In this document: positions 55,112 through 64,000 of the stretch, piece after piece | Layout: each line of letters opens with the position of its first letter | Numbering within the stretch: the stretch's first letter is position 1 | Origin: Vicinamibacteria bacterium | GTDB taxonomy: Bacteria > Acidobacteriota > Vicinamibacteria > Vicinamibacterales > JAENWD01 | Length of the DNA: 64,000 nt | Reading direction: 5' to 3' | Assembly (NCBI GenBank): GCA_963763095.1 | Contig: CAVXNR010000003.1 | Span: forward strand, 815-64,814 | The notes under the pieces: model-generated | Told to the model about the DNA's origin: nothing | Database searches by the model: none | The model's input: the letters and a program-made list of their open reading frames with translations, nothing else | Program-made: the position numbers and the translations under genes

Positions 55112-58100
55112 ATGAGGGCCGGGGCCGACGCTGTACGCCTCTTGAATACGGACATGACATCTCTGAGGGCGTGGCTCCGCGTCGCGAGCGGCGCCGGCGG
55201 TGCGGCCGCAACGCGGTACTCGCTCGCGCTGGGCGCCGTTCTCGTGGCTGCGATTGCCCGCGCTGCGTGGACGCCCTGGTTCGGTGGGTCGTTCGACCAT
55301 CTCCTCGCCTATCTCGTGGTCATTTCCGTCGCCCTGTGTGCCGGACGGGGGCCCGCCCTTGCCGCGACCGCCCTGACGATCGTCATGGCCTGGGTGTGGC
55401 CAGGCGTGGCTGACGGCCCACCTGGAGCCGCCAACGCAGCACGGTTGCCCACCCTGGCCATCGGCGGAGCCGCCATGGCTGCGGTTGGTGTGTATTTCCG
55501 CACGGCACATCGCGCGTCCGTCACGGCGGAGTACGCACGCCGGGTCGAGGACATCACCTCGGCGCTCTCCCCTGCTACCACGACCAGAGATACCGGGCAG
55601 CGCGTGCTGGCCTCGGCGGGTTCCGCTCTGGGCTGCGCGACCGGCGCAGTCCTCCGGGTCGATGCCGCGACAGGCAGGTTGATCCCGGTGTGCTCCGCCG
55701 GTGTGACGCCCGAGATGGACGTCCGCTGGCTGCGGATCGCGCTCGACCCCGCGTTCGCCGCCAGTGAAGCCGCCCGCACCGGGCGGGCAGCCGTCATCCG
55801 CGACCTTCAGGAGTGGTCGCGCCGCTACCCGGCCACCGCGATAGAGGCGTCGGCGTCGGGGCTGGCAAACGCGCTCGCGCTGCCATTGGTCGCGGATGGC
55901 CGTGTTGTTGGTGTGCTGGCGCTCACTGGTGTGACCCTGACCAACGCGCATGGCGAATGGGCGTTCGTCGAGGCTGTTCAGACACAGTGCGCCATGGCCA
56001 TGGCTCGGGCCGAGCTGAACGAAACGGCCCGTCGGAATCGTGCGGCCGAGGCCGCGGAAGCGGCCGCTGCGACGCTGGCTGTCGAAGCGGTGGAGCGCGC
56101 GCGTGCGGACAGGCTGCGGACATACCTTCAGCACCTTCAGGACGTCACGGCGGCATTCTCCCGGAGTGGCACCGCATCCGAGGTCGCCGAGGCGTTCGTC
56201 GCCGCGGCGGAAGCCTTGTTCGGCGGGAAGGCAGGGGCACTCTACAAGCTGGTTCCGGGGTGGGGCGTGCTCGAACTGGTAGCGTCGCCGAGATACGCGG
56301 ACACGGTGGCACGCCTGAACGCACGGGTCCCTCTGGAAGCGGAAACGCCGAGCACGGAAGCCGCGCGCACGCGGTGCACCGTAGTGGTGCAGGATCTGGA
56401 GCAGATGAAGCGGCGGTTCCCCGCACTGGTGGCCGGTTTGCGGAAAATCGACGCGACGTCGTGCGTGGCACTCCCCCTGATCTTCGAAGATCGCGTGATT
56501 GGTGCCGTCGGCTTCGCGTCCAAAGACCGGCTCGAGTTCGACGCCGACGACGCGCGGTTCCTGGAGGCCATCGCGGCACAGTGCGCGATCGCGCTCTCGC
56601 GGGCCGAGGCGTACGAGCAGACAGGTCGCGCCCGGGAGGCCGAAGGCGCGCACCGGCTCCGGATGGAGAAGCTCCTGACCCACGCGGAACGCCTGCAGGC
56701 CGCAACTGCTGCGTTGTCGCGGAGCCTCACGGCATCGGACATCGCCGGGGCGGTGATGACGACCGGCCTGCGGTCGATGGGGGCCGTCACCGCCACAATC
56801 GCCCGCGTGGGATCGAGGGGCGAGCTCGAAATCGTCGCCTCCGTCTGGCCGAAGGCCGCTGCCGACAGGCACCAGGCCCGCGATGGCACAGACGAGCAGA
56901 CGTTGTCGGTGGAGGCAGTTCGGCGCCGAATCGCTGTGGTCGTGCGCAGCCCCCACGAGTGGGAACGGCGGTTTCCGGCGTCCGCTGCGGAGGCCAGGAC
57001 GGCAGGCCTGACGTCATGCGTGGCGGTGCCGCTCATCCACGAGAAGAAAATCAGAGGCACGCTGACGTTCGCCTGGAATGACGAGTTCACGCCGGACGCC
57101 GACGAGGTCCGGTTCATGGAGGCCCTTGGTACGCAATACCTTGCCGCCCTCGATCGAGCCGAAGCCTACGAGGCTGAGCGGAAGGCACGCCAGGTCGCCG
57201 AGGAATCGGGCCGCGCGCGCGAGGCGTTCCTCGCCACGGTGTCCCACGAGTTGCGCACCCCCCTGAACTCGATTCTCGGCTGGGCCGACATGCTCAGGCG
57301 CCCGGCGCTGGACCCGAGCCGCGTGCGGCAGGGGCTCGACACCATCGCGAAGAGCGCCCGCATCCAGGCGGATTTGATCGATCAGCTGCTGGAAACGTCG
57401 CGGATCGTCGCTGGCAAAGCACAGCTGCGAATGTCCGCATCCACGCCCGCACTGATCATCGAGAGCGCCGTCGATGTCGTTCGGCCCGCCGCCGAAGCCA
57501 AGGGGATCGCTCTCGACGTGCGGATGGAATCGCCCGCCGAGGCGTACTGGTGCGATCCGCAGCGACTGCAGCAGGTGCTGTGGAACCTGTTGTCGAACGC
57601 TGTCAAGTTCACGCCGGCGGGAGGGCGTGTGTCTCTGACGCAGCGCAATACCCCCGGTGGAACCGAGTTCACGGTCATCGACACCGGGATCGGTATCCCG
57701 AAAGGTTTTCTGGCCCACGTGTTCGATCCGTTCGAGCAGGCGGACAGCAGCAGCACACGGGAATATGGCGGGCTCGGCCTGGGCCTCGCCATCACGCGGC
57801 ACCTGGTCCAATTGCACGGCGGAACCATTCACGCGGAGAGTGACGGGCCCGGCCGCGGGGCGCGCTTCGTCGTCGAACTGCCCGTCCGACGGGTACTTGC
57901 CCGGCAGGATCCGATCAGGCCCTGGCCCGGGTCCGGTCCGGTCGACCCGGCGCCCCTTCCGATCCTGGACGGCGTGAGTGTGCTCGTGGTCGACGATGAC
58001 CCGAGTGCGCGTGAGATGACGGCGACGGGACTGAGCGAGACGGGTGCCTACGTGACGGCGGTGGAGAGCGCCGACGAGGCCCTCGCCATGCTGCGCCAGG

Positions 58101-58378
58101 CCCGGTTCGATGTGGTCGTCGCGGATATCGGGATGCCGGCCAAAGACGGGTACGCGTTGATGCGAGAGCTGCGTAGCAGTGGAGATCGTGAGATGGCGCG
58201 CATCCCTGCGGTCGCCGTGACGGCGTATACGTCGCCGCGAGATCGAACCGCCGCGCTGGAGGCCGGATTCCAGGCCCACCTGCCGAAACCGGTGGATCTG
58301 TCGGCACTGGCACAGATGCTGTTCGTGCTCGCGCGCGGCTCCACCATCCCGCCCGTGGAACAGCGTCGACCCATGTAG
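55112..58378 (+). CDS. hybrid sensor histidine kinase (DUF4118-like TM region, multiple GAF domains, HisKA, HATPase_c, receiver)
   Basis: Intact 1088 aa. H-box SHELRTPLNSILGW, G-boxes IDTGIGI / GGLGLGLAI, and receiver VLVVDDDPSAR...DVVVADIGMPAKDG. Confidence 0.9.
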   Translation: MRAGADAVRLLNTDMTSLRAWLRVASGAGGAAATRYSLALGAVLVAAIARAAWTPWFGGSFDHLLAYLVVISVALCAGRGPALAATALTIVMAWVWPGVADGPPGAANAARLPTLAIGGAAMAAVGVYFRTAHRASVTAEYARRVEDITSALSPATTTRDTGQRVLASAGSALGCATGAVLRVDAATGRLIPVCSAGVTPEMDVRWLRIALDPAFAASEAARTGRAAVIRDLQEWSRRYPATAIEASASGLANALALPLVADGRVVGVLALTGVTLTNAHGEWAFVEAVQTQCAMAMARAELNETARRNRAAEAAEAAAATLAVEAVERARADRLRTYLQHLQDVTAAFSRSGTASEVAEAFVAAAEALFGGKAGALYKLVPGWGVLELVASPRYADTVARLNARVPLEAETPSTEAARTRCTVVVQDLEQMKRRFPALVAGLRKIDATSCVALPLIFEDRVIGAVGFASKDRLEFDADDARFLEAIAAQCAIALSRAEAYEQTGRAREAEGAHRLRMEKLLTHAERLQAATAALSRSLTASDIAGAVMTTGLRSMGAVTATIARVGSRGELEIVASVWPKAAADRHQARDGTDEQTLSVEAVRRRIAVVVRSPHEWERRFPASAAEARTAGLTSCVAVPLIHEKKIRGTLTFAWNDEFTPDADEVRFMEALGTQYLAALDRAEAYEAERKARQVAEESGRAREAFLATVSHELRTPLNSILGWADMLRRPALDPSRVRQGLDTIAKSARIQADLIDQLLETSRIVAGKAQLRMSASTPALIIESAVDVVRPAAEAKGIALDVRMESPAEAYWCDPQRLQQVLWNLLSNAVKFTPAGGRVSLTQRNTPGGTEFTVIDTGIGIPKGFLAHVFDPFEQADSSSTREYGGLGLGLAITRHLVQLHGGTIHAESDGPGRGARFVVELPVRRVLARQDPIRPWPGSGPVDPAPLPILDGVSVLVVDDDPSAREMTATGLSETGAYVTAVESADEALAMLRQARFDVVVADIGMPAKDGYALMRELRSSGDREMARIPAVAVTAYTSPRDRTAALEAGFQAHLPKPVDLSALAQMLFVLARGSTIPPVEQRRPM

Positions 58379-58558
58379 CGCGTGCCCCGGCGGCATGGAG
58401 GCGTCCCCCGTTTTGCACGCCGCTGCCGATCTCCATGCCGGCGGCAGCTCGGATTCCAGCGCGAACGCGCTCCCGCTCCGAGGTCCGTCCCTTGCACGCA
58501 GCGAGGACGAGGCGCCCTGCCACGCGCGCTCCATGCGCTGTCGGCACGGGTCCGATCC

Positions 58559-60001
58559 ATGGCTGCCCTCCGCGTTCGCTTCTCTCGCTCCCTCCCGGGG
58601 TCGATCGCCATAGCTTTGCTGCTCACCTGCGCGCCCGCAGGGTGTGGCCGGTCGAGCAGCAGCGTTGTCGGCCCGACTCCGAGCAAATGCGCCGTGTCCG
58701 TGACGAACAGCATGCCCGAGGTGCCAGCCGCCGGCGGCGGCGGCACTCTTACGGTAAGCGCGCAACGCGAGTGCGCATGGTCGGCGCGCGCGGACGCGTC
58801 CTGGATCACGCTGAGCGGAACCGGCGGGCAAGGAGCCGCAACTGTGAAGTACAGCGTTGCGGCCAACCTCAACGGCACGCCACGACGCGGACAGGTGGTG
58901 GTTTCGGAGCAGAGCCTCGAGATCGTTCAGGCCGCGGCGCCATGCCGCTTCGCGGTGACGCCGTCGACCGTGGAGGTCGCTGCCGCAGGCGGCGAGGTAA
59001 GCGTGAGCCTCGCAGCGCCTGCCGGATGCACGTGGCGCGCGCGCAGCGACTCGTCATGGGTGAGCCGTACGGCGCCTGCCGAAGGCTCTGGGAGCGCGAC
59101 GGTTCGTTTGACCGTGGCACCGAATACGGGCGCGCTCCGCCGCGGGACGGTGACGATTGCCGGCGTGACCGTTCAGGTGCGTCAGTCGGGTCCGGGCGCT
59201 CCCGCCCCCGCCCCAGAGCCACAACCGCCGCCCCAGCCGACCTGCAGCTACACCGTCTCGCCGACCCGCATCACCGCTCGCTCGGGCGGTGAACAGGCGG
59301 TGGTCAACGTCATGGCGCAGGAGGGATGTGCGTGGACGGCGAGCAGCAGCGTGGCGTGGGTCGCCGAGGACGGCGGCGGCACGGGACCCGGTTCGCTGCG
59401 TCTCGCCATCAGCGCGAACGCCGGAAACGCCAGAACGGGCACGGTGACCGTTGCCGGCAAGACGGTCACTATCGAACAGGAGGCGTCTCGCACCTCGTGC
59501 ACCTACGGGATCAAGCCGACTTATTACGATGCCGGCCGCGGGCCAGACGACATACGCGTCAGCGTCACCGCCCCGGGTGGGTGCGCCTGGACCGCGACGA
59601 GCCCGGCTGAGTGGGTGACGGTTGCCGCGGGGCGCAGCGGTTCCGGGGACGGGACCGTACGGCTGCGCGTCGATCCGAACAACGGACCGGAGCGGCGTGC
59701 GGACCTGACCATCGCGGGTCTCACGTTCCGACTGCACCAGAACGGGTGCTCCACCAGCATCAAGCCCAAGTCGTACCACGCAGGGCGGGGTCCGGACGAC
59801 ATCCGCATTGCTGTCACCGCGGAGGGCGGCTGCACGTGGACGGCCGCGAGCACCGTCTCGTGGGTCAGCGTATCCGAGGGACAAACTGGTTCCGGAGACG
59901 GCAGGGTCCGGCTGCTCGTCGAGCGGAACAGCGGTGCGGACCGCTCGGTGACGCTGATCATCGCGGGGCACGCATTCGAGCTGCGTCAGTCAGGCCACTA
60001 G
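58559..60001 (+). CDS. lipoprotein with five tandem ~85-aa Cys-pair beta-domain (BACON-like) repeats
   Basis: Lipobox-like LLLTCAPAGC. Each repeat follows C-x-[FY]-x-[VI]-x-P...GG...C-x-W-x-A-x-S...W[VI]...G-x-G-x-V...N-x-G...R. Confidence 0.75.
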   Translation: MAALRVRFSRSLPGSIAIALLLTCAPAGCGRSSSSVVGPTPSKCAVSVTNSMPEVPAAGGGGTLTVSAQRECAWSARADASWITLSGTGGQGAATVKYSVAANLNGTPRRGQVVVSEQSLEIVQAAAPCRFAVTPSTVEVAAAGGEVSVSLAAPAGCTWRARSDSSWVSRTAPAEGSGSATVRLTVAPNTGALRRGTVTIAGVTVQVRQSGPGAPAPAPEPQPPPQPTCSYTVSPTRITARSGGEQAVVNVMAQEGCAWTASSSVAWVAEDGGGTGPGSLRLAISANAGNARTGTVTVAGKTVTIEQEASRTSCTYGIKPTYYDAGRGPDDIRVSVTAPGGCAWTATSPAEWVTVAAGRSGSGDGTVRLRVDPNNGPERRADLTIAGLTFRLHQNGCSTSIKPKSYHAGRGPDDIRIAVTAEGGCTWTAASTVSWVSVSEGQTGSGDGRVRLLVERNSGADRSVTLIIAGHAFELRQSGH

Positions 60002-60095
60002 GGCGGACTCGCACCTCCCGTGCCGGCGACTCCGAAGCGCCGGTCTGGCGCGCTGGAGATCCGGGACGATCGCCTGCTGCGATAATGCAGACCTC

Positions 60096-62987
60096 GTGAT
60101 GACCCGCCGCGCCGCAGCGCCCCCCTACCGCCCGGTTCACCTCTTCGGTCTCTGGTCGCTCGTCGTCGCGCAGCCCGTCTACGACGTGCTCCGGCAGAAC
60201 GGCGAGTTCTTCGTGGCGCATCGCGCCTCGCCGATGGACTTGCTGCTGCTCACGGGCGCCCTCTCGGTGGCATTGCCGGCGATCCTCGTCCTGGTGGTCG
60301 TCGGGGTGGCGAGAGTCTCGGGCACTGCCGCCCGCATCCTGCACCTCGCTTTCGTCAGTGTGCTCGCCGGCGTGTTCACGTCGCAGGTGCTGGGCACCAT
60401 GTCGTCGGTCGGCCTGGCGACGCACGTCACCGTTGCCGTTGCAGGCGCTGTTCTGGGTGCATGGGCGTACGCGCGTGTTGCGCCGGCTCGGATGGTGGCC
60501 TCGGTGCTCGTGGTCCTCGTGCCCGTGTCCGCCGGCGCCTTCCTGCTCCATCCGGACATGGCGCCGTTCCTGCGGCCGACCGACGCCTCGCGCGACGCGG
60601 CGGCGCGAGTCCCTTCTGGCGCTCCCCCGGTCGTTGTGGTGGTGCTCGATCAGTTGCCGGTGTCGTCGTTGATGCTGCCAGACGGGGCGATCGATGCACA
60701 GCGATATCCCGGATTCGCTGCGCTCGCCCAGACGACGACCTGGTTTCGCAATGCGACAGCGAACGCGGAGCTTACCGGGTTTGCCGTGCCTGCCCTGCTC
60801 TCAGGGAGGTTGCCCCGCCGTGCCCGCTTGCCGGTCGCCGCACATCATCCGCAGAACGTGTTCACCGTGCTGGGCGGGAGCTATCGGATGCAGGTTACCG
60901 AGCCCATCACGCAGCTCTGCCCCGAGCGCCTCTGCCCGATCGGTGTGGAGCCTCGAAGCGAGCGTCTCACGGCCATGACCCTGGATGCCATGGTGGTGTT
61001 CGAGCATGTCGTTACGCCCCGCACCCTGCGCGGCAGCCTGCCGTCGCTTGCGAACAACTGGAGGGACTTCGTCCAGGCTGCGCACTGGCAGCGGCGCTGG
61101 GTGCACACGCGAACGGGTGACCGTCGCGAACCGGCCACCCGGTTCATCGACGCGATCCGCCGGTCCGATGCGCAGCCGACCCTGTACTACCTGCACGCGC
61201 TGCTGCCTCATGAGCCGTACATCTACATGCGTACGGGCCAGCAGTTCACGCATGACACGGGGCTCCCCGGACTGAACCGTGTGGACCGGTGGATATCGGA
61301 GGAGTGGCCGGTTCTGCAGGCCTATCAGCGCCACCTGCTCCAGGTGGAGTATGCGGACGCGCTGCTTCAGCGCCTGTTGCAACGACTGAAGGCCGAGGGA
61401 CTGTTCGATCCGTCGCTCATCGTGATCACCGCCGATCACGGCGCGAGCTTCAGGCCCGGACGCCCGTTCAGGGGCCTCGACCGGTTCACGGCGCCCGACA
61501 TCATGGGGGTGCCGCTCTTCATCAAGGCGCCCGGCCAGCGTAGCGGACGGATTGACGACCGGAACGTGCAGGCGATCGACCTGCTGCCAACGCTCGCCAA
61601 CAGCCTCGGCGTGCGTCTTCGATCGGCTGTGGACGGCACCGCGGTCGTTGACGGCGCCGGCCGTCCAACCCGTAAAGTGATCCGGCACAGCGGTGCGACG
61701 CGAGAGATGGCGTTCGATGCCGAGTGGCTCGCCAGGGCGCAGATGGCATCCGTCACGCGGCGCTGGCACCTCTTCGAGGGCAGCGTCTCGCCGGTGCCCT
61801 CTGGTGCGCCGCGCCGGCTGCTCGGGCTGCCCGCACCGGCAACGGGCGGAGACGCGGCGCAGGAACCGATGCAGGTGCTGCTCCGCGATCCGCAGCTGCT
61901 GCGCACGGTCGATCTCTCCGCGCCGGTACTTCCTCTGGCGCTCGATGGCCGGCTCGTGGATCGCGACGGGCAACCTGCCGCGTCGATGCTGGCGATTGCC
62001 GTCAACGGGCAGATCCGGGCGCTCACCAGAACGCTGGATCGGCTGGCCCCGGGCACGTGGTCCGCGCAGCTGGAGCCCGGTGCGCTGCGCGCAGGATCGA
62101 ACGACATCAGGATATTCCTCGTGTCCCGAGACGGCGGGCAGCTGCAGCTGGCGTATGCGGCAGGCCCGCGGCCGCCCACGGTCGATCTGGCATCCGACAC
62201 TGCGGCGCGGTTCTGGTCGGTTCGACAGACCGGACTATCCCCGCCGCAACAGGCGTCGGTGCCCTTCCGCTGGACTGACCGCGAGGCATCGATCATCGCG
62301 CCGCTCGAGGACGAACAGCCCCCCGGATCGCTTCGGATCGGGATTGCCGGACCCCCTCCGTCCGGCGCGCATCTGGGGCTGCGGGTGAACGGCTGTGCGC
62401 TCTACGAGGGACCGGTGGAATCCACGCCCTGGTACCGGACGTTCTCGCTCGCTCGCTGTTCAGGGCTCCGGGCCATCACCGAGGCTCGCATCGTCATCCA
62501 GGCAGTGGGAGGAGCCGCCCACGGGCCGGCTGGTATGGCGCTCGAGACGGTGAACCTGTTTCCCGGCCCGTGGCCGCCGCCGCACCCTCCCCTCGATCTC
62601 CGCGCAGCCGTGCGCGTCGTGGGCGGCGCACGCGAGCTGGTGGCGCACACCGATCTGCTCGTCGTCGACGTGCAGAACCGTGGAGCGACCGCCTGGGCGG
62701 ACGCATCAGGGGACCGCGATCCATCCGGCAATGCCGCCCTGGAACTGCGTTGGCGTCGTTCCCCCTCCGGCGTGGAGGATCGCACGCAACGAATGCGGTT
62801 TCCGCGCGTGCTGCATCCGGGAGACAACGTGCGAGTGGAGGTTCCGATCGTCCCGCCACCGTCTGTCGCCGGCGCAGGCCCGTGGGACGTCGCCGTGGTG
62901 CCGGTCACGACCGAGGGCGCCGAAATCGTGCTCGACGCGCCATGCACGGTGCGCGTCCGTGCGGCGCCGGCGAATGGCGCCGAGTGA
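60096..62987 (+). CDS. sulfatase/LTA-synthase-like (alkaline-phosphatase superfamily) membrane protein with ~450-aa unknown C-terminal region
   Basis: Five N-terminal TM segments, VVVVVLDQLP, LPHEPY and ITADHGASF. Confidence 0.75.
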   Translation: MMTRRAAAPPYRPVHLFGLWSLVVAQPVYDVLRQNGEFFVAHRASPMDLLLLTGALSVALPAILVLVVVGVARVSGTAARILHLAFVSVLAGVFTSQVLGTMSSVGLATHVTVAVAGAVLGAWAYARVAPARMVASVLVVLVPVSAGAFLLHPDMAPFLRPTDASRDAAARVPSGAPPVVVVVLDQLPVSSLMLPDGAIDAQRYPGFAALAQTTTWFRNATANAELTGFAVPALLSGRLPRRARLPVAAHHPQNVFTVLGGSYRMQVTEPITQLCPERLCPIGVEPRSERLTAMTLDAMVVFEHVVTPRTLRGSLPSLANNWRDFVQAAHWQRRWVHTRTGDRREPATRFIDAIRRSDAQPTLYYLHALLPHEPYIYMRTGQQFTHDTGLPGLNRVDRWISEEWPVLQAYQRHLLQVEYADALLQRLLQRLKAEGLFDPSLIVITADHGASFRPGRPFRGLDRFTAPDIMGVPLFIKAPGQRSGRIDDRNVQAIDLLPTLANSLGVRLRSAVDGTAVVDGAGRPTRKVIRHSGATREMAFDAEWLARAQMASVTRRWHLFEGSVSPVPSGAPRRLLGLPAPATGGDAAQEPMQVLLRDPQLLRTVDLSAPVLPLALDGRLVDRDGQPAASMLAIAVNGQIRALTRTLDRLAPGTWSAQLEPGALRAGSNDIRIFLVSRDGGQLQLAYAAGPRPPTVDLASDTAARFWSVRQTGLSPPQQASVPFRWTDREASIIAPLEDEQPPGSLRIGIAGPPPSGAHLGLRVNGCALYEGPVESTPWYRTFSLARCSGLRAITEARIVIQAVGGAAHGPAGMALETVNLFPGPWPPPHPPLDLRAAVRVVGGARELVAHTDLLVVDVQNRGATAWADASGDRDPSGNAALELRWRRSPSGVEDRTQRMRFPRVLHPGDNVRVEVPIVPPPSVAGAGPWDVAVVPVTTEGAEIVLDAPCTVRVRAAPANGAE

Positions 62988-62998
62988 CGCGCGATCCT

Positions 62999-64000
62999 CT
63001 ACATGACGTGCCTGGCGGGCCGCACGGTGAAAAACAGGCTGAAGCCTGGTTCGACGCGGCGGTAGTACCCGTGCGTGAGCTCACGCGGCACCAGGCCCGC
63101 CGAGACGCTGCCCCCGACGCCGGAGACGAGTCCCTTGCGGGGCGCGAAGTTGTGCACGTACCCGCCCTGCAGCTTCCCGACCGTGAAGACACTGGTCGCG
63201 TACTCGTGCGCGTGCAGGTCGTGGGCGGGTTTCTCTACGGCCTCAGCCCTTCCGAACCATGTGTGCCGATCGCCGAGGTTCACCGCCGTCTCGAGCATCA
63301 GTGCAAACGTGTCAGCCGTGAACTCGCCCTGCGGAATGACTTCGCGCGCCGAGTTGACGCCCAGGGCGATCGTCGTGGCCCAGATCCCGCCTTGCCTGAG
63401 GGGCCGGTGATACGTGACCGATGCGGTCGCCCTGTTCACGTCGGTTGGCGGCTCCGGAGCAAACCCTGCCTCCGCTTCGTTCAGGTGCCCTGCCGATACC
63501 TGGAACGCGAGGGTGTCGGTCGGAAGAAACGAGACGCGCGCGGACACGGAATCGAGGGGACCCAAATCGAGGTCGGCCCGACCCTCGTCGGGTTCGCGTC
63601 CATTGAAAACAGACACCTCCGCCTTCCAGCGGCGATCGTAGAGCCCCGTCGTCACCAGCCCGAAGGTGATGTGCGTGGCGTCGAGCCAGTGGTGCGAGAT
63701 GGGCGCGATTGGATTGGGGCTCGCCGAGAGCCGGTGCGGGAACGCGGCGGGCCCCAGAGCCGGTTCTCCAGCCAGGCCCGCATAGACCTGCCAGCGCAGC
63801 GACCCGCGGATCGGCCGGTCATAATCGCCGGCAAGCTCCATGAAGAGGTCGTGCGGATGTTGCCGGTCGTGAATCGTGTCACCCTCGCATGTCTCGCCAG
63901 TCGCCAGCTGATTCAGATACCCGCAGCCCGGGATCGTCAATGGCTCGGCGCTCAGCATGGCCCGGACGCCGACACGACCGGCCCCAGCAGGGCGCCTGGC
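62999..64000 (-). CDS. hypothetical (possibly outer-membrane beta-barrel) protein, 5'-partial at window edge
   Basis: The frame is open to the window end. Alternating beta-like segments and a C-terminal ...GFSLFFTVRPARHVM. Confidence 0.45.
   Translation of the reverse strand, partial: ARRPAGAGRVGVRAMLSAEPLTIPGCGYLNQLATGETCEGDTIHDRQHPHDLFMELAGDYDRPIRGSLRWQVYAGLAGEPALGPAAFPHRLSASPNPIAPISHHWLDATHITFGLVTTGLYDRRWKAEVSVFNGREPDEGRADLDLGPLDSVSARVSFLPTDTLAFQVSAGHLNEAEAGFAPEPPTDVNRATASVTYHRPLRQGGIWATTIALGVNSAREVIPQGEFTADTFALMLETAVNLGDRHTWFGRAEAVEKPAHDLHAHEYATSVFTVGKLQGGYVHNFAPRKGLVSGVGGSVSAGLVPRELTHGYYRRVEPGFSLFFTVRPARHVM

Noticed and set aside
54950-58831. Very long ORFs antisense to annotated genes: 54950..56956 (668 aa) and 57014..58831 (605 aa) opposite the histidine kinase. 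Similar cases are 40422..41894 opposite coxL, 46490..48181 opposite the M48 gene and 60801..61973 opposite the sulfatase-like gene.
   Set aside because: They are Arg/Pro/Gly-rich, low-complexity translations with no motifs. They lie opposite ORFs that carry clear family signatures, as expected for shadow ORFs in ~70% GC DNA.
1-64000. tRNA/tmRNA genes or clear att direct repeats marking island integration.
   Set aside because: I saw no T-arm/acceptor-like pattern (GGTTCGAATCC-type) and no flanking direct repeat. I cannot exclude them without tRNA-scanning software.

Overview
This is a 64 kb, roughly 67-70% GC window that splits into two parts at about 36.9 kb.

Left part (1-36.9 kb): a mosaic of mobile or accessory DNA.
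- A P4-like replication module (AlpA, HTH, Toprim primase, DUF3987).
- Prophage packaging genes (ParB-methyltransferase, TerS, TerL) and serine-recombinase remnants.
- A full IS5-family element plus an internally deleted copy.
- DUF3489 genes, a truncated group II intron, and a type I R-M operon (hsdR/M/S) followed by an intact HEPN-like gene.
- Most selfish genes here carry frameshifts or stops. Several cargo genes are intact: DUF1254/1214, HupE, cupin, a 906-aa LuxR/MalT-like ATPase, EamA and an RTX protein.

Most unusual feature: a twice-repeated cassette at 21.9-29.6 kb. It combines a LuxR-HTH/alpha-beta-hydrolase fusion regulator, a 16-bp palindrome TCTATCA-NN-TGATAGA (four copies), a conserved leader, a 34-38 aa transmembrane mini-peptide, and an RTX-type calcium-binding protein.

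Right part (36.9-64 kb): intact chromosomal-looking genes.
- A form-I-type CO dehydrogenase cluster (mocA; coxM-S-L-G; an XdhC/CoxF homolog fused to a YHS domain; coxD; coxE), punctuated by heptamer tandem arrays that supply stop codons.
- An M48/TPR operon and an Flp pilin with a Gly/Asn-rich repeat tail.
- A multi-GAF hybrid histidine kinase, a 5-repeat lipoprotein and a sulfatase-like membrane protein.

No rRNA, tRNA or CRISPR array was recognised. All family calls rest on motifs read by eye; no searches were run.
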